From the NCBI RefSeq assembly GCF_001194135.2, contig NC_068981.1, positions 191,764,555 to 191,828,554 on the forward strand: DNA of 64,000 nt, given 5' to 3'. The translations under genes were made by a program, and so were the position numbers. This stretch comes from Octopus bimaculoides (Eukaryota). Of the stretch, positions 51,011-62,975 are shown piece after piece. The notes under the pieces were generated by a model. The model saw nothing but the letters and a program-made list of their open reading frames with translations, searched no databases and was not told where the DNA came from. The stretch's first letter is position 1. Each line of letters begins with the position of its first letter.

Positions 51011-52589
51011 GTATTTTCCTTTTTTTTCCTTTTTATCATTTAAAATGAACTAAAAACCGGTTATGATGTTAAAGCAATTCATACATTTTCTAAATGTATT
51101 TCCTATTAGTCAACAAACGCATAAATTGAAATAAAATTTATGTAAAAATAAGAGATTAATGAGGAGCTCACCTCATTTAATCTCTTTTTTTTCTTCTTTA
51201 CTTTGTTTCCAATGAGATTTAGAGTTCAACTTAGTCTATCCACTGACTTTTGCAATAATCACATAGAATGTGTCACACAAGTTTATATAGTTATGAATTC
51301 ACATAAAGAGACTGTATAGCAAAAACAACAGAAATAGTACTACTGTTACTCATTTAATTCTTGCTGTCATTAATATTCTCTAAAAATTATACAAGTAAAT
51401 TCTACGGTTTTTCTTATATACTGAGGAGAAGCTGATGATAATTCTTTGTAATTCCAGTGTCTGTTCCAGAATTTTTTGTTGTTAAATATACAGAACGACT
51501 AAAAAATTTTTTCCTCACCAAAGTAATATGTTCTTTGTGTTCTCCAGATGAGATGTTGATAAAAAAAAAGCCCAACCTATAGTTGGTACCTTCCTCAAAA
51601 TACAGAGCTGTTTTTAATTCCTAAAATTTATCTCTCATAAGTATATTATTGATTAAATGACTAAACTGTAGTTTCAATGTGGTTAAGTAAATATTGCTGT
51701 TTTTACAAGCAGTTTGGTAATAAGCGGCAGACTAATTGATGTTGAATCTTCTCTTATTGGTTCAGCAATGGCTATTGACAGTCAATGTGTATATTTTAGT
51801 TATTAACCTCAGTGTCAGCCATAAACATTCTGATGGGTATTCTCCATGGAAATGATGGTGTCTTCCTTGAAATGGTTTTATGTTTTCATTATTTTTTCTT
51901 TGAAGAATGGATGCAACAAGATATCATATGAGTAACTTTTTCTGGTTTTCCAGATCTTTGCATATGATGTTCTCAAAATTTCAGGTTCATGGAATTTTGT
52001 CTTATTTTTAGCATTCTTTGCCATTTAGTTTATATTTTCATGGAGTCACACTTTCAGTCTAACTTTTGGAAATATAGTAAATCACAGCTGTTTTGGGTGG
52101 TTTTCTTTCCTCTTTTCTTGTCATCCTCTGTTCAGTGTGAGTATAAGAGTATCTCATTTGAGAGAAAAAAAGTTGGATTAATTCTCATCCAAACTCACTG
52201 AATTAGAAATATAAGACCTATTTTGTTATTTCTTTTGATGATTTTCTGCTTTTACACAGTATTTTAAAAATAAATTTGATCAAATCTTGGATTTTGTTGA
52301 AACTGAAAAATATCTTATTTAACTCCTGACTGAATTTTGAATAATCACATATCAAGACACTTTTTGGAAAGAAGCATAATGGCTAGGTTGGGCTATAGAA
52401 GTTGTTAACTGTTATCCAGCTTATGTCATTCACTCTGTTAATGAGCATTTATATATTTTATGGCATTCTCATTAATGTTAACTCATGCTGGGATTAACAT
52501 AATTTTTAAACTGCAGATACAGTGACCAAATTTTCTCTTTTTATATTCCGAAATGCTGAAACACTCTTTGTCCATTCATTTGTTCATTA

Positions 52590-53010
52590 TTTTAATGTCC
52601 AGTTTTCCATGTTAGCAAGGGCTAGATGGGAAGTTATTTGAAGCAGGAATTTGCCGCCAGATACTCTTTGTCATCAAACCTTACCTGTTATTTAAGTAAG
52701 GGGCTTTTTCTTATGTCAGTTGTCTTCAGAAGTGCAGAGCCACTGATCATAACATCAGTGAGAATCTCAATTTCATCATCATCCCACTTGGGAATGATCA
52801 GGCATAGAATATCAACATTCATGCACATTTGTGTGTGTATACACCCACTTACCCACATGCTCACACACACACATACACATATATAAGCTATGTGTAGCCT
52901 TTAATAACCAAATTCACTCAGAAGGTTTTTGCTAGCCTGTGGCTAAAGTACCATGCAGTGGGACTGAGCCAGAAACCAGTGGTTGTGAAATGAGCTTAAC
53001 CATTGAGCCA
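52590..53010 (-). mobile_element. degraded SINE family B2
   Basis: tttaatgtccagttttccatgttagc... and ccatgcagtgggactgagccagaaacc. Confidence 0.65.
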
Positions 53011-53479
53011 TAAACCATTGCAGTTACTCACATCACTTAATATGCATATTTGAATATAACCTATTGTTTAATTCTATTTAACCTTGCTCAAAAATGATTT
53101 GGCAATGTGGTCATGACCCTTTGAGAGAAAGTATAGGTCTGGCAACTGAATGACCAGGATTTCAATTTTATTGGGTTTTCATTTACCTTTGATGCAATTT
53201 GAACTATGATACTGACTTTATGCAAGAGCCAATATATAGAAATATGTCAATATCTAGAATGTATGACAATAAATATTTGAGAAAAGTTATGTAAGTTATC
53301 ATTGGAGCATATGAATTAATCTATCCTGTACAAGGATATACATTTAGCTCTGATGTTCTATAGCATTTAGAAAGAACGTGTGTGTGTGTGTGTGTGTGTG
53401 TGTGACATCTGAAAGATTGCCTTTTCAACCAACTTAGTTTTCATTTAGCTTTGATATTGATATATATTCCCTATGGTTT

Positions 53480-53890
53480 CATAAATTTTCTCAAATACTT
53501 ATGGCCAACTTTATAACACAAGATGATTTCTTCTTGATATTGACTGGTATTGTATACTCTTACTTGGATAGTATGTGTGTTTCTGAGACCTTAATAGGCT
53601 GGAACTGTCACTCTGGCAATCCTCAGACTCACTTGTTCTCTCCAGGTGTTATAGCCATAAAATGTTTTTTAGGAGTTGATGATGATGATAATTATACTGC
53701 TATACTGGCCATTAGTGATGGAAACTACTCTGCATGAACAGATTAGTTGAAGGTGTGACTGCTATGACATCTCAGTAACTATCCTTGATGGATCTGTAGA
53801 CTGCCTTGCCTTTATGGCTTTAATTGCCTTACTAACCATTGTTGGTTCCATTATATTTTCACTGGCCTACTCATATTCTTCAGTCAACAA
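53480..53890 (-). mobile_element. RTE LINE fragments (endonuclease and RT-linker)
   Basis: Reverse strand MVSKAIKAIKARQSTDPSRIVTEM and VSLRIARVT...TIQVRVYNTSQYQEEIILCY. Confidence 0.5.
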
Positions 53891-54121
53891 TCTCTTACAG
53901 TGACACTTTCATGCTATTATTTTTCTTTACATTTCTACTAAGGACAAGTGCACTAGTATTATTTCAGTAACACATCTCTCCATTGGAATGCAATTTAGAA
54001 AAAGCTGTTTTGTCCTATATCCTCACAGTGCTAAACATTGACAGATGATCTCTACTTTCTGCTTCATTTTTGGCTAAAAACACCAGACATCTTGTTCTCT
54101 GCTCTGTGTACTATATATTTC

Positions 54122-54178
<57 letters not shown>

Positions 54179-54182
54179 TATA

Positions 54183-55547
54183 CAGGCATACCTCAACCTA
54201 AGTCATTTCTATTTAAGTCGTTTTCAATTATATGTCAGTTTTAAAAAATAATAAATGGCAAAATCAAAATCAAGTTAAGTAATTTTACTTGATTTTACAC
54301 GCCATAAATATTGGAATTATAAAATCACTATAAAACCATTAAAAGTACATAAAATCATGTTACTGTACAATAAATAAGAATAAAAGCATATAAAATCCTA
54401 TTAAAATGCATACAGTAAATGTTAAGATACACACCATAAAGTAGTGTAGCATAGTGAACAAAATCATGAAATCAGCTGTGTTGTCTTATTTATTAGTCTT
54501 TCGGAGTTCATATTGCACTGTAGTTCCAATATCTACCATTAGGCGTCGTTGTCACTTGTGATTCTTACGATTGTTTTGAATTCAGATTTGTTTACATCTG
54601 TTTATCAGCTACTTTCTCATTCTCATTCATTTGTGACTTTATTTTTTGAAAGTGCTAAGCATTATGCTATAACACTGGAAGGTGAACTGGCTATAATAAA
54701 ATGCCATGAAAAAAGGTGAAAAAGTGGTAGAAATTGTACAATCTTTTGGGATGAGTCGGACAACTGTATCGACAATTGTACATAATAAGGACACGATCTT
54801 TGTACATATCAAATCTGAAGCCCCAGGAATGAAGAACACTCATCAATAAGAAAAGAGGCAAAATCTTTGAAGAAATGGGAAGTCTTCTTTCTCTTTGGGT
54901 TGTTAGGTTGAATCGTCAGCGTGCTACTATTAGTCAAGAAATCATTCAAGAGAAAGCGTTGTCTTTGAGGACCTGAAGAAAAAATAACCAGATGAGAAAG
55001 ATGTAGAGTTCAAGGCAAGTCAAGGATGGTTCATGAGATTTAAGGAGCGAAAAGGTTATTACTCCATTAAGAAGCAAGGTGAAAGTGCATCTGAATTTGT
55101 TTTTTAAGCTTAAAAAAGGCTTTTATTTTACCATGTCCCACTGCAAACTGCATGTCCCATTGCAATCCAGCGTCCGTGATATACGGTAAACACTGCCAAA
55201 TCAGACTGGAGCCTGGTGTTGCCATCCGGTTTCACCAGTCCTCAGTCAAATCGTCCAACCCATGCTAGCATGGAAAGCGGACGTTAAACGATGATGATGA
55301 TGATGATGATGACTGCCAAATTGTATTTGTAAATTTAGATTTTTTTTTTTACTATACTGTATTAAAAAATAAAAATTACTTGTTTGTAAGCTTAAAATAG
55401 GTTTTTATTCACCATGTATTATTGAAAATGCATTCATAAATAAAGCACAGAACTGGGAATGGTTATTATCGGTTTAGCCTGGAGACAAATAAATTCAGCC
55501 TAGCCAAGCCTGGAGACAATTTAATTTGACTTAAGTTGTGTCTCCTG
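54183..55547 (+). mobile_element. internally deleted Tigger/pogo transposon
   Basis: TA|caggcatacctc left TIR; 54657-55092 encodes frameshifted AITLEGELAIIKCHEKGEKVVEIVQSFGMSRTTVSTIVHNKD...IQEKALSL.EDLK...FKASQGWFMRFKER (HTH-psq plus CENP-B HTH); decayed right TIR tgacttaagttgtgtctcctg; no DDE domain. Confidence 0.88.
55202..55311 (+). mobile_element. young 5'-truncated RTE tail nested in the Tigger element, 10-bp TSD
   Basis: Flanked by actgccaaat at 55192-55201 and 55312-55321; CpG-rich; (GAT)n tail. Confidence 0.85.
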
Positions 55548-55623
55548 GAACCTCGGTTTTCAAACAATTCTGATCATGAATAAATCGTACTTTATCTCCT
55601 GTCTTTCTTACATTCATTTAATA

Positions 55624-55753
55624 CAGTAGTACCTCAGTTTACGAATGCCTCTGATCACGAATAAATCATGCTTTATATCTATCTGTCTATCTCTATATAT
55701 ATAAAGCATGATTTATTTGAGATCAGAATGGTTCAAAAACTGAGGTACTACTG
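55624..55753. mobile_element. 130-bp Tc1/Tigger-type MITE, near-palindromic
   Basis: Perfect 17-bp TIRs cagtagtacctcagttt / aaactgaggtactactg, TA on both sides, and an inner inverted repeat. Confidence 0.9.
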
Positions 55754-55884
55754 TATATGCCTGGATATATGTGTGTTTAAGTATGAGCACATATGTACAA
55801 ATGCACACATGTGAGAGGGAAAATACTCAAATCATTAAACTTTATGCATTTTTTATAAGTTGATACTTCTCTTCTTATTTCTTT

Positions 55885-56096
55885 ATTGCCCACAAGGGGC
55901 TAAACATAGAGGGGACAAACAAGGACAGACAAAGGGGTTAAGTCGATTACAACAACCCCAGTGCGTAACTGGTACTTAATTTATCAACCCCGAAAGGATG
56001 AAAGGCAAAGTTGACCTCGGCAGAATTTGAACTCAAAACGTATCAACAGACGAAATACCGCTAAGCATTTCACCCGGTGTGCTAATGTTTCTGCCT
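55885..56096 (-). mobile_element. SINE family A
   Basis: gtgcgtaactggtacttaatttatcaaccccgaaaggatgaaaggcaaagttgacctcggcagaatttgaactc. Confidence 0.9.
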
Positions 56097-56858
56097 TGTT
56101 CTTCATTAACATTCGCCTTCTCTTGATTAACAAAGAGTAGCTTTGGCTTATCTTATGCACATATATGTGTGTGTGTGTGTGCATGCATGTGCATGTGTGT
56201 ATTTTAAGCAGCTCTAAGAAGTTCATAAGCTTTTGCTCTTGTTTTATAGTATTAAGTAGAGAAGAGAAATTTCTGTGTAAATATGGTGTCATTTTGAATT
56301 AACAATCCCAGTTTTGTCAATGATGGCATATTGAATCAGTTGTTCTGCTCAAGACAACAAAAAATATATTGGTAGTGGAGTTGAACTATGAGTCTGATAA
56401 GTTGATACTCAGTACTGCATGCACTTGGTTATGTCTGCACTGTGTGTTTGTTTATTTGTATGTTACACAGAAAGCTAATTAAGTGATAAGGTTTGAAATA
56501 ACTTAATGCCAGATTTCAAGATATGGTCCAAAGTAATCTATTGTGCTTATGTGGGTTAGTTATAATGTGTGTATGTATGTGTGTCTGCCAAGTTGAGTCT
56601 GTTCAAATTGATTCAATCTTATTCGTCTGTATACAATGATGTAGAACTAATATTACAGTGAGTAGGAAGGAAACTATTTATAAATAGCGTAGTACAAATT
56701 CCATATGATTTGTGCATGATCTCCATCTCCTGGTAAATGCCTGTGGTTGAGGATTACTGCAAAAGTGGGAACATCCCATTTATAATCCGATGTAAATGAC
56801 AGTAAGTTGAGGTTGAACATTCCCGAATGATCTGATTTACCCATTCCAGGTAATTTAA

Positions 56859-56999
56859 CCCTTTTGTTAGCACATTTTCTCTTGTTGAAATACACTGAAT
56901 CTATTTTAATTAATTTTGAAAAGTAATAAAAAATTTAGTAAGATCTCTTTATACCATAGAACCAGAGAGTGGTCTCAGGTGCGCTGGTATCAAAAGGGT
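56859..56999 (+). mobile_element. piggyBac-type MITE E2, internally deleted
   Basis: ttaa|cccttttgttag ... gtatcaaaaggg|taaa termini. Confidence 0.7.
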
Positions 57000-57399
57000 A
57001 AAAGGATTAAATAATTTGAAGCTATGTATTATCTGTATTAACTCTCCATTATACATTAAAACATACAAAACTCCTCATGCCTATCACTCATGGGTATGGC
57101 TTGGTAGCATGTGCTATGCTTATGCTAATTGCTATTGGCAGTCACCAGCTACCCATAAACACCCACTCAGTCCTCTCACACTTGGCTCAGCAGAACATCT
57201 TGGATGTGACAGCTAGGAGGAAAGAAAGAAAGAAATCTCCCCCAGCACATGACTGGTATTCATGTTGTTGTAGTTTCCTCATCTAAAAATGAAATGAAAT
57301 GTTTTGATCTATGCACCACCCAGTCTTGAAATTGAACCCACAACCCTCTGGTTATGAGCTAACACTGTCAAGATGATGTATGTATATTTTATACATACA

Positions 57400-57815
57400 T
57401 CACCATCGTCATTTAACATCTGTTGTCCATGCCAGTATGGGTTGGATAGTTTGATGAGGGCTGGTAAACTGAGGAGTCTGATTTTGACATGGTTTCTACA
57501 GCTGGATGCTCTTCCTGTTGCTAACTACTCTCAGTTACATGACACCAGTATCTTCCACAACTACAATTTCACTTGATTTGATGGGTCTTCTTCTCAAGCA
57601 TGGCATATTGCCAAAGGTCTCAGTCATTTGTCATTGCCTCCATGAGGCCCAATGCTCGAAAGATGCTTTTTATGTGCTACCAGCTGGGATGCTAGTTATG
57701 CAATACCGGCATTGGCCACATTGCCTTCATGAGGCCCAACGCTTGAAAGGTGCTTTTTACGTGCCACCAGCACCAGCCATGACTACGATTTCACTTGGCC
57801 TGATGGGTCTTATTA
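57400..57815 (-). mobile_element. RTE 3' UTR (family C) with tandem units
   Basis: Shares catgacaccagt...caactacaatttcacttg...tctcagtcatttgtcattgc with 20170-20430. Confidence 0.85.
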
Positions 57816-57905
57816 CCATCATCATTTAGCGCCTGTTTTCCATGCTGTCATAGGCTGGATGATTTGACAGAGCCAGCAAGGCCATACTTTTGTGGAGTAC
57901 AAGTT

Positions 57906-58033
57906 TATTGTTCTTAAACAAGAATATTATTGACAGTGGCTTTGAAGTTTCAGCCACTAAAGCCATTGTCTGATGGCTTAACTGGCTGAAACTACAATAT
58001 AACTGTCAATAATATTTTTGTTCAAGAACAATA
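57906..58033. repeat. 128-nt fold-back palindrome
   Basis: Outer arms tattgttcttaaacaagaatattattgacagt / actgtcaataatatttttgttcaagaacaata, inner gtttcagcca/tggctgaaac and aagccat/atggctt. Confidence 0.9.
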
Positions 58034-59254
58034 CACACACGCACACGCACACGCACACGCACACACGTGCATGCACACTTTATACAAACAAATGGAATAG
58101 GCGTAAATTATAAATGCATATTTACTGTATGCATACAAACATATATATACTTATAATTTATTCATATTCTATTCATTAAGTCAAGATGGCATATGTTGGT
58201 ATGTTAAACATTGTGGAAATAAACTGTGCTTACTAAATTGCTGGGTAAAAATTCCATGTGACAACTAAAAATGGTATCAAGGCAGCTGTCACAGGAAATT
58301 GCAGTGCAAATGGTAGCACACATAACCAAGCAGGGAAGAGATGAATGTGATGTTTTTTTTTAATCTCAAGCTGTTAGTTACAAGTATATGTTTTATATAA
58401 AAATTCTTGGCTGTGTGCCTTGTGTGTGTTTTCGTTCTGTATAACTATGTTTATATAAGGAAACCTTGATTTAAAATAAAATTATGTAAGTCAGTCAAAG
58501 GCAAAAAAGAAAAAATAGCAAATAGGCCTAAGAGAAAGACAAAAAGGAGAAATAACCATGATGGCCATGATGATTATTATTTAATTACCTAATTGAATAC
58601 TAATTTTGATAGATTCTGACAATTTTGATACTTAAAATCAGATTCTAATGCAATAAAATATGACGTATATATTGTCTCAGGGATGGATTTGGCAAATATA
58701 TTCCAGACAGCTGGTCTTTCTAATTCCAATTTCTGTTATTAGGACATCTGTGCCTGTCTATCTATCATACTTTAGCCTCTCAACACCTAACATAAAACCC
58801 CTCTCTTTCTACTACAGTCTCACTGAGTCAAGGAATCGTTTCTTCATCTTGTGACTTGCTTAGTTACCTCACTTGTGCCAGTGTCACGAAAAAAAAAAAG
58901 CATTCAGTACTCTCTATAAAGTAGCTGGTATTAGGGAAAGCATCCTGATAAAGAAATCATGCCAATACTGACATTGGAGCTTGATACTGTCCTCTGGCTT
59001 GTTGGATCCTGTCAAACCATCCAACTCATACCAGCATGGTAGACAGTAAGTGATAATGAACTTTAGGATATGGACATATAATGTATACAGATGAAGCATG
59101 GGAGAAAAAATATGTAGTGATGTGCATTAGGTAATGAATAAGATCTTAAAACACTGGTAATGTATGCAAAAAATAAGACAAATTGAGAATGCATAATGAC
59201 CTTTCTATGATATAGTGATTGGATCATTCACAAACATTTGATTATCTACAAGAA

Positions 59255-59376
59255 GCTTGCTTCCCAACCACATGGTTCTAGGTTCAATCCCACCTTGGGC
59301 AAGTGTCTTTTACTATAGCCTTGGGCTGTCCAAAGCCTTGTAAATGGATTTGGTAGATGGAAGCTGAAAGAAGCCC

Positions 59377-59423
<47 letters not shown>

Positions 59424-59645
59424 GTGTGTGTGTCTTTGTGTTTGTCCCCCTCTCACCACTTGACAACCAGTGTTGGTGTGTTTACATCCCCATAACTTAG
59501 CGATTCAGCACAAAGAGACCAATAGAATAAGTATCAGGCTTGAAAAATAAATAAGTCCTGGAGTTGATTCATTCAACTAAAATAATTCTTCAAGATGATG
59601 CCCCAGCATGGCCACAGTCTTGTGACTGAAACAAGTATAAGATAA
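59255..59645 (+). mobile_element. SINE family B1 with (TA)n tract
   Basis: agcttgcttcccaaccacatggttctaggttcaatccc...ttgggcaagtgtc...gactgaaacaagtataagata. Confidence 0.9.
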
Positions 59646-59714
59646 AGGAATCATGTTACTAAGTTTGTTTGAGGAGTAGGACTGAAGAGGATATTTGATA
59701 AATTGTTTCTAATT

Positions 59715-59900
59715 TATATCCAAAGCCAGCAATTTGAAGAGGAGGGGTTTGTTGCTACCATCAACTTCAGTATTTGACTGGTACTTTATTTTATTACCCT
59801 CCCAAAAGATGAATGGTCAAGTTGGCTTTGGTGGGATTTGAAACACAAAACATACAGAGCTGAAAGAAATATCTCAAAGCATATTATTTGATGCTCTGAC
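59715..59900 (-). mobile_element. degraded SINE family A
   Basis: gactggtactttattttattacc...gatgaatggtcaagttggctttggtgggatttgaa. Confidence 0.6.
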
Positions 59901-61110
59901 AATTCTTCCCCAAAGGATACCCAATAGTTTAGCAATAAGAACAACAAGAACAGAAAATATTTTATTGTTTTAAGAAACATATTTCAGTGCAAGAATCGTA
60001 CTATTGATCAATAGCTTTTCTTCAGTACATTCTATTAGTTTCCTTTGATGAATCCTGTGGTTGGTTTTCACCAATAGGTTACTTCTACTGTTCAGATTCC
60101 AAACACTTTATGTAGTTACTATCACTAACTTCTTAAGAAGAAATTAATAGGTTCGTTTTTGAAGACTGCTTTCTATTCATGATGTCATTTTACTGTGCTT
60201 ATCATTGTACCCAGTCCTTCCTCTGCAGAATGTTGTGCTTGTGAATTTCTTTCCTTGCACGTTTTTTTCTTCCTGCAACTATTGACTCGCAACAGTTCAA
60301 GCGAAACAGTAACTATATAGTCTTACTGAAGGGGTGGGAGGAAAGTATGGAGCCAGACATTGGCTTTTTTTAAAAAGCTCTTTGGGATTTAGAAGACATT
60401 TGCATTTTTTTAATATCTGGAATCTATCATTTTATTTAAATAATGCAACTATAAATAAGTTTTAAAACTTTCTAATTTCTATACTTATTTAAATATAACC
60501 AACTTAGAGCTATAATCTTTTATCTATGTGTTTTAATGGTCTTTTGCTAGAATTATATGTAGACTTCAAATAAATTTTATTGAACTATAAAAGAATAGTT
60601 ACTGTTTATTGGTCTCATGTAAGAATCATGTTCTTTTTCTGTTTTTTTTTTTTAATTTCCTTTCTATAGCTACCTTTGACTATCACATTTTTTTTCCCAA
60701 GGATATGTTGGAATATCAAGATTCAACTTTGCTTCTTCAACATTGAGGCTATGGGCTTGTTACTTATTTCCTAATGCAGTTCAAATAAGCACACATCACA
60801 CACACATGCATACACACTCACACCTTCTCTCAAACTTTTATCCTCAGCATTGCAACTGTCTGGGACACTCTAAAATTTCAAGCTGAATGTGAATTACATC
60901 AATCTAACTGATCTAGGAGGGCCTGTAGAGGCTATGTGCATTCTTTGTCTATCTCTTCTTCCCTTGGCTAAAACATAGAAGAAAATATCAACATAAATAA
61001 TATTCTATTACATGTTTACATACAGACATTTTGATATAAGGCTCTGTGCACTGGAAATCTCAGGATACAAATCTTTAGTTGGAAATATTTGATGGTTAAG
61101 ATTGTTAGGT

Positions 61111-61550
61111 GTTTGTTATCATATTTCTGTTGAAATACACAGCACCCCAGCTTTTGTGGGGGCGGGAATAATGAAGAATTTAGTAAAATAACTTTGTCAT
61201 TATGTAGCTGATGTTTGGAAGATAAATTAACATGGAATTTTGATGGACAGTTTCAACCCTTTAGCATTTAAACTAGCCATATGTGACCCAAGTATTCTAC
61301 CTGTTTCACACTGGTCAGATCCAGCCTCTCACACCTACTTACCTACAATATATCATTCTAAAAATAAACAATCACATCATCAAAATCTCAAGACTACAAG
61401 ATAATGCATGATTAATTCAAAATTTATGTGAATAAACAAGCATTACATTTGACTGAGTAGTCTGATTGCCAGAGGGTTAATTTAGCTTAAGAGCAAAATG
61501 TTTGTATCATAGAATCAGGGACAGTCTTGAGCAGGCTGATAGCAAAAGGG
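61111..61550 (+). mobile_element. MITE E2 with MITE E1 (61257-61476) nested at its TTAA site
   Basis: E2 body is interrupted by tcaa|ccctttagc...agaggg|ttaa and resumes tttag...tttgtatcatagaa...gcaaaaggg|ttaa. Confidence 0.75.
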
Positions 61551-61656
61551 TTAATTTTAAACTTCTTAGCTTAGAGGTTGGTGATAATCATAAGTTCAAA
61601 GTTTTGTAGCAGCATGGAAGAATGCATATGATAAACATAACAGTAATTTTTTCAAG

Positions 61657-61860
61657 GGACGAGCTGGCAGAAATGTTAGCACGCCAGACGAAATGCTTAG
61701 TGGTTTTTCGTCTGTCCTTATGTTCTGAATTCCGCTGAGATTGCTTTTGCCTTTCATCCCTTCAGAGTCAATAAATTAAGTACCCAGTTATATTGGGGTC
61801 GATGTAATCAACTGGCCCCCTCCCCCAAAATTTCAAGTTTTGTGCCTAGAGTAGAAAAAA
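61657..61860 (+). mobile_element. SINE family A
   Basis: gacgagctggcagaaatgttagcacgccagacgaaatgcttag...gcctttcatcccttcagagtcaataaattaagtac. Confidence 0.9.
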
Positions 61861-62334
61861 AAAAGAAAAACAAAGAAAAAATAACAGTAATTTAAAAAAA
61901 AAAATTGTTTTAAAAAACTTTTAATAAACTTTTATTTTGGTTGTTCATATATGAAGATTAGGTCATTTTGCTATTTTGAGTTTTTAGCAATGAGCATTGT
62001 CTTGTATTTTACATTGATTATAGTTATATAATGATATATATTTGAAATATCTGTAACGGTCTTCACATTTTGAATTTGTTCTACTTTCTACTTTGAAGCA
62101 TTTTGGTATTGACCTATTTCACATGCCATGTGTATATTTCTGCTAGAATATATTTAGGTTATTCAAGTCATGGAAACTCTTAGCTGAATGTGTGTGTGTG
62201 TAAATTGATGGTTTCAGTTTTTTTTTTTGTTTTTGTTTTAGTAAAATTCTGAAAGGAAATATTCTATTGATTAACGTTACATGTGAGTGTCTATCTCCTA
62301 TTAATATAAATATTAATATGAAATAGACACTCAT

Positions 62335-62462
62335 TTTACCAAGGTCAGCTTTACCTTTCATCCTTTCAGGGTCAATAAAGTAAGTACCAGTTGAATACTG
62401 AGGTTGATCTAATCGACTTACCTGCTCCCTGAAGTTGCTGGCCTTGTGCCAAAATTTAAACT
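62335..62462 (+). mobile_element. SINE family A, 3' half
   Basis: acctttcatcctttcagggtcaataaagtaagtaccagttg...ggccttgtgccaaaattt. Confidence 0.8.
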
Positions 62463-62795
62463 AATATGAGAAAGACATATACTGATAATTATGTGTAGAT
62501 TTTAAAAATTTGCAAGCATTCTTTCTGTATAATGAAGTTTACATGATAATAATCATGCATACCTGTTTAGGTTGTAAAACATTTGGTAATTTAGATATTT
62601 ATTTTTAGTATTGTCTTAACCTTACTTTGGATGTATAAACTATAGTTAAATGTAGGTAAACTTTAATTTGAAATCCCAATAATTTTTTTGTTAGCAAAAA
62701 TGTGGAAATATGGAAATAATGTTTTTTGTCTTTTATACTTTGACAAATCATTCAAGTTAAGAATACATAATTATATATATATATATATATATATA

Positions 62796-62924
62796 TCGTC
62801 GTCGTCGTTTAACATCCACTTTCCATGCTAGCATGGGTTGGACGACTTGACTGAGGACTGGTGAAACCAGATGGCTACACCAGGCTCCAATCTGATTTGG
62901 CAGAGTTTCTACAGCTGGATGCCC

Positions 62925-62926
<2 letters not shown>
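62796..62926 (-). mobile_element. young RTE tail (family C) between (TA)n tracts
   Basis: tcgtcgtcgtcgtttaacatccactttccatgctagcatgggttggacg...; close to the reverse complement of 55202-55311. Confidence 0.9.
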
Positions 62927-62968
<42 letters not shown>

Positions 62969-62975
62969 CGCACAC

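Noticed and set aside
51550-51990. Candidate next kinase exons after ctccag| (51550) and ttccag| (51955)
   Set aside because: The first hits TGA at the fourth codon in the required phase 0; the second has a weak donor and no similarity to PFTAIRE kinases.
56830-56856. ccattccag|gtaatt, a possible recursive splice site
   Set aside because: Weak pyrimidine tract, adjacent to a MITE end, and expected by chance in this much intron; would need saw-tooth nascent RNA data.
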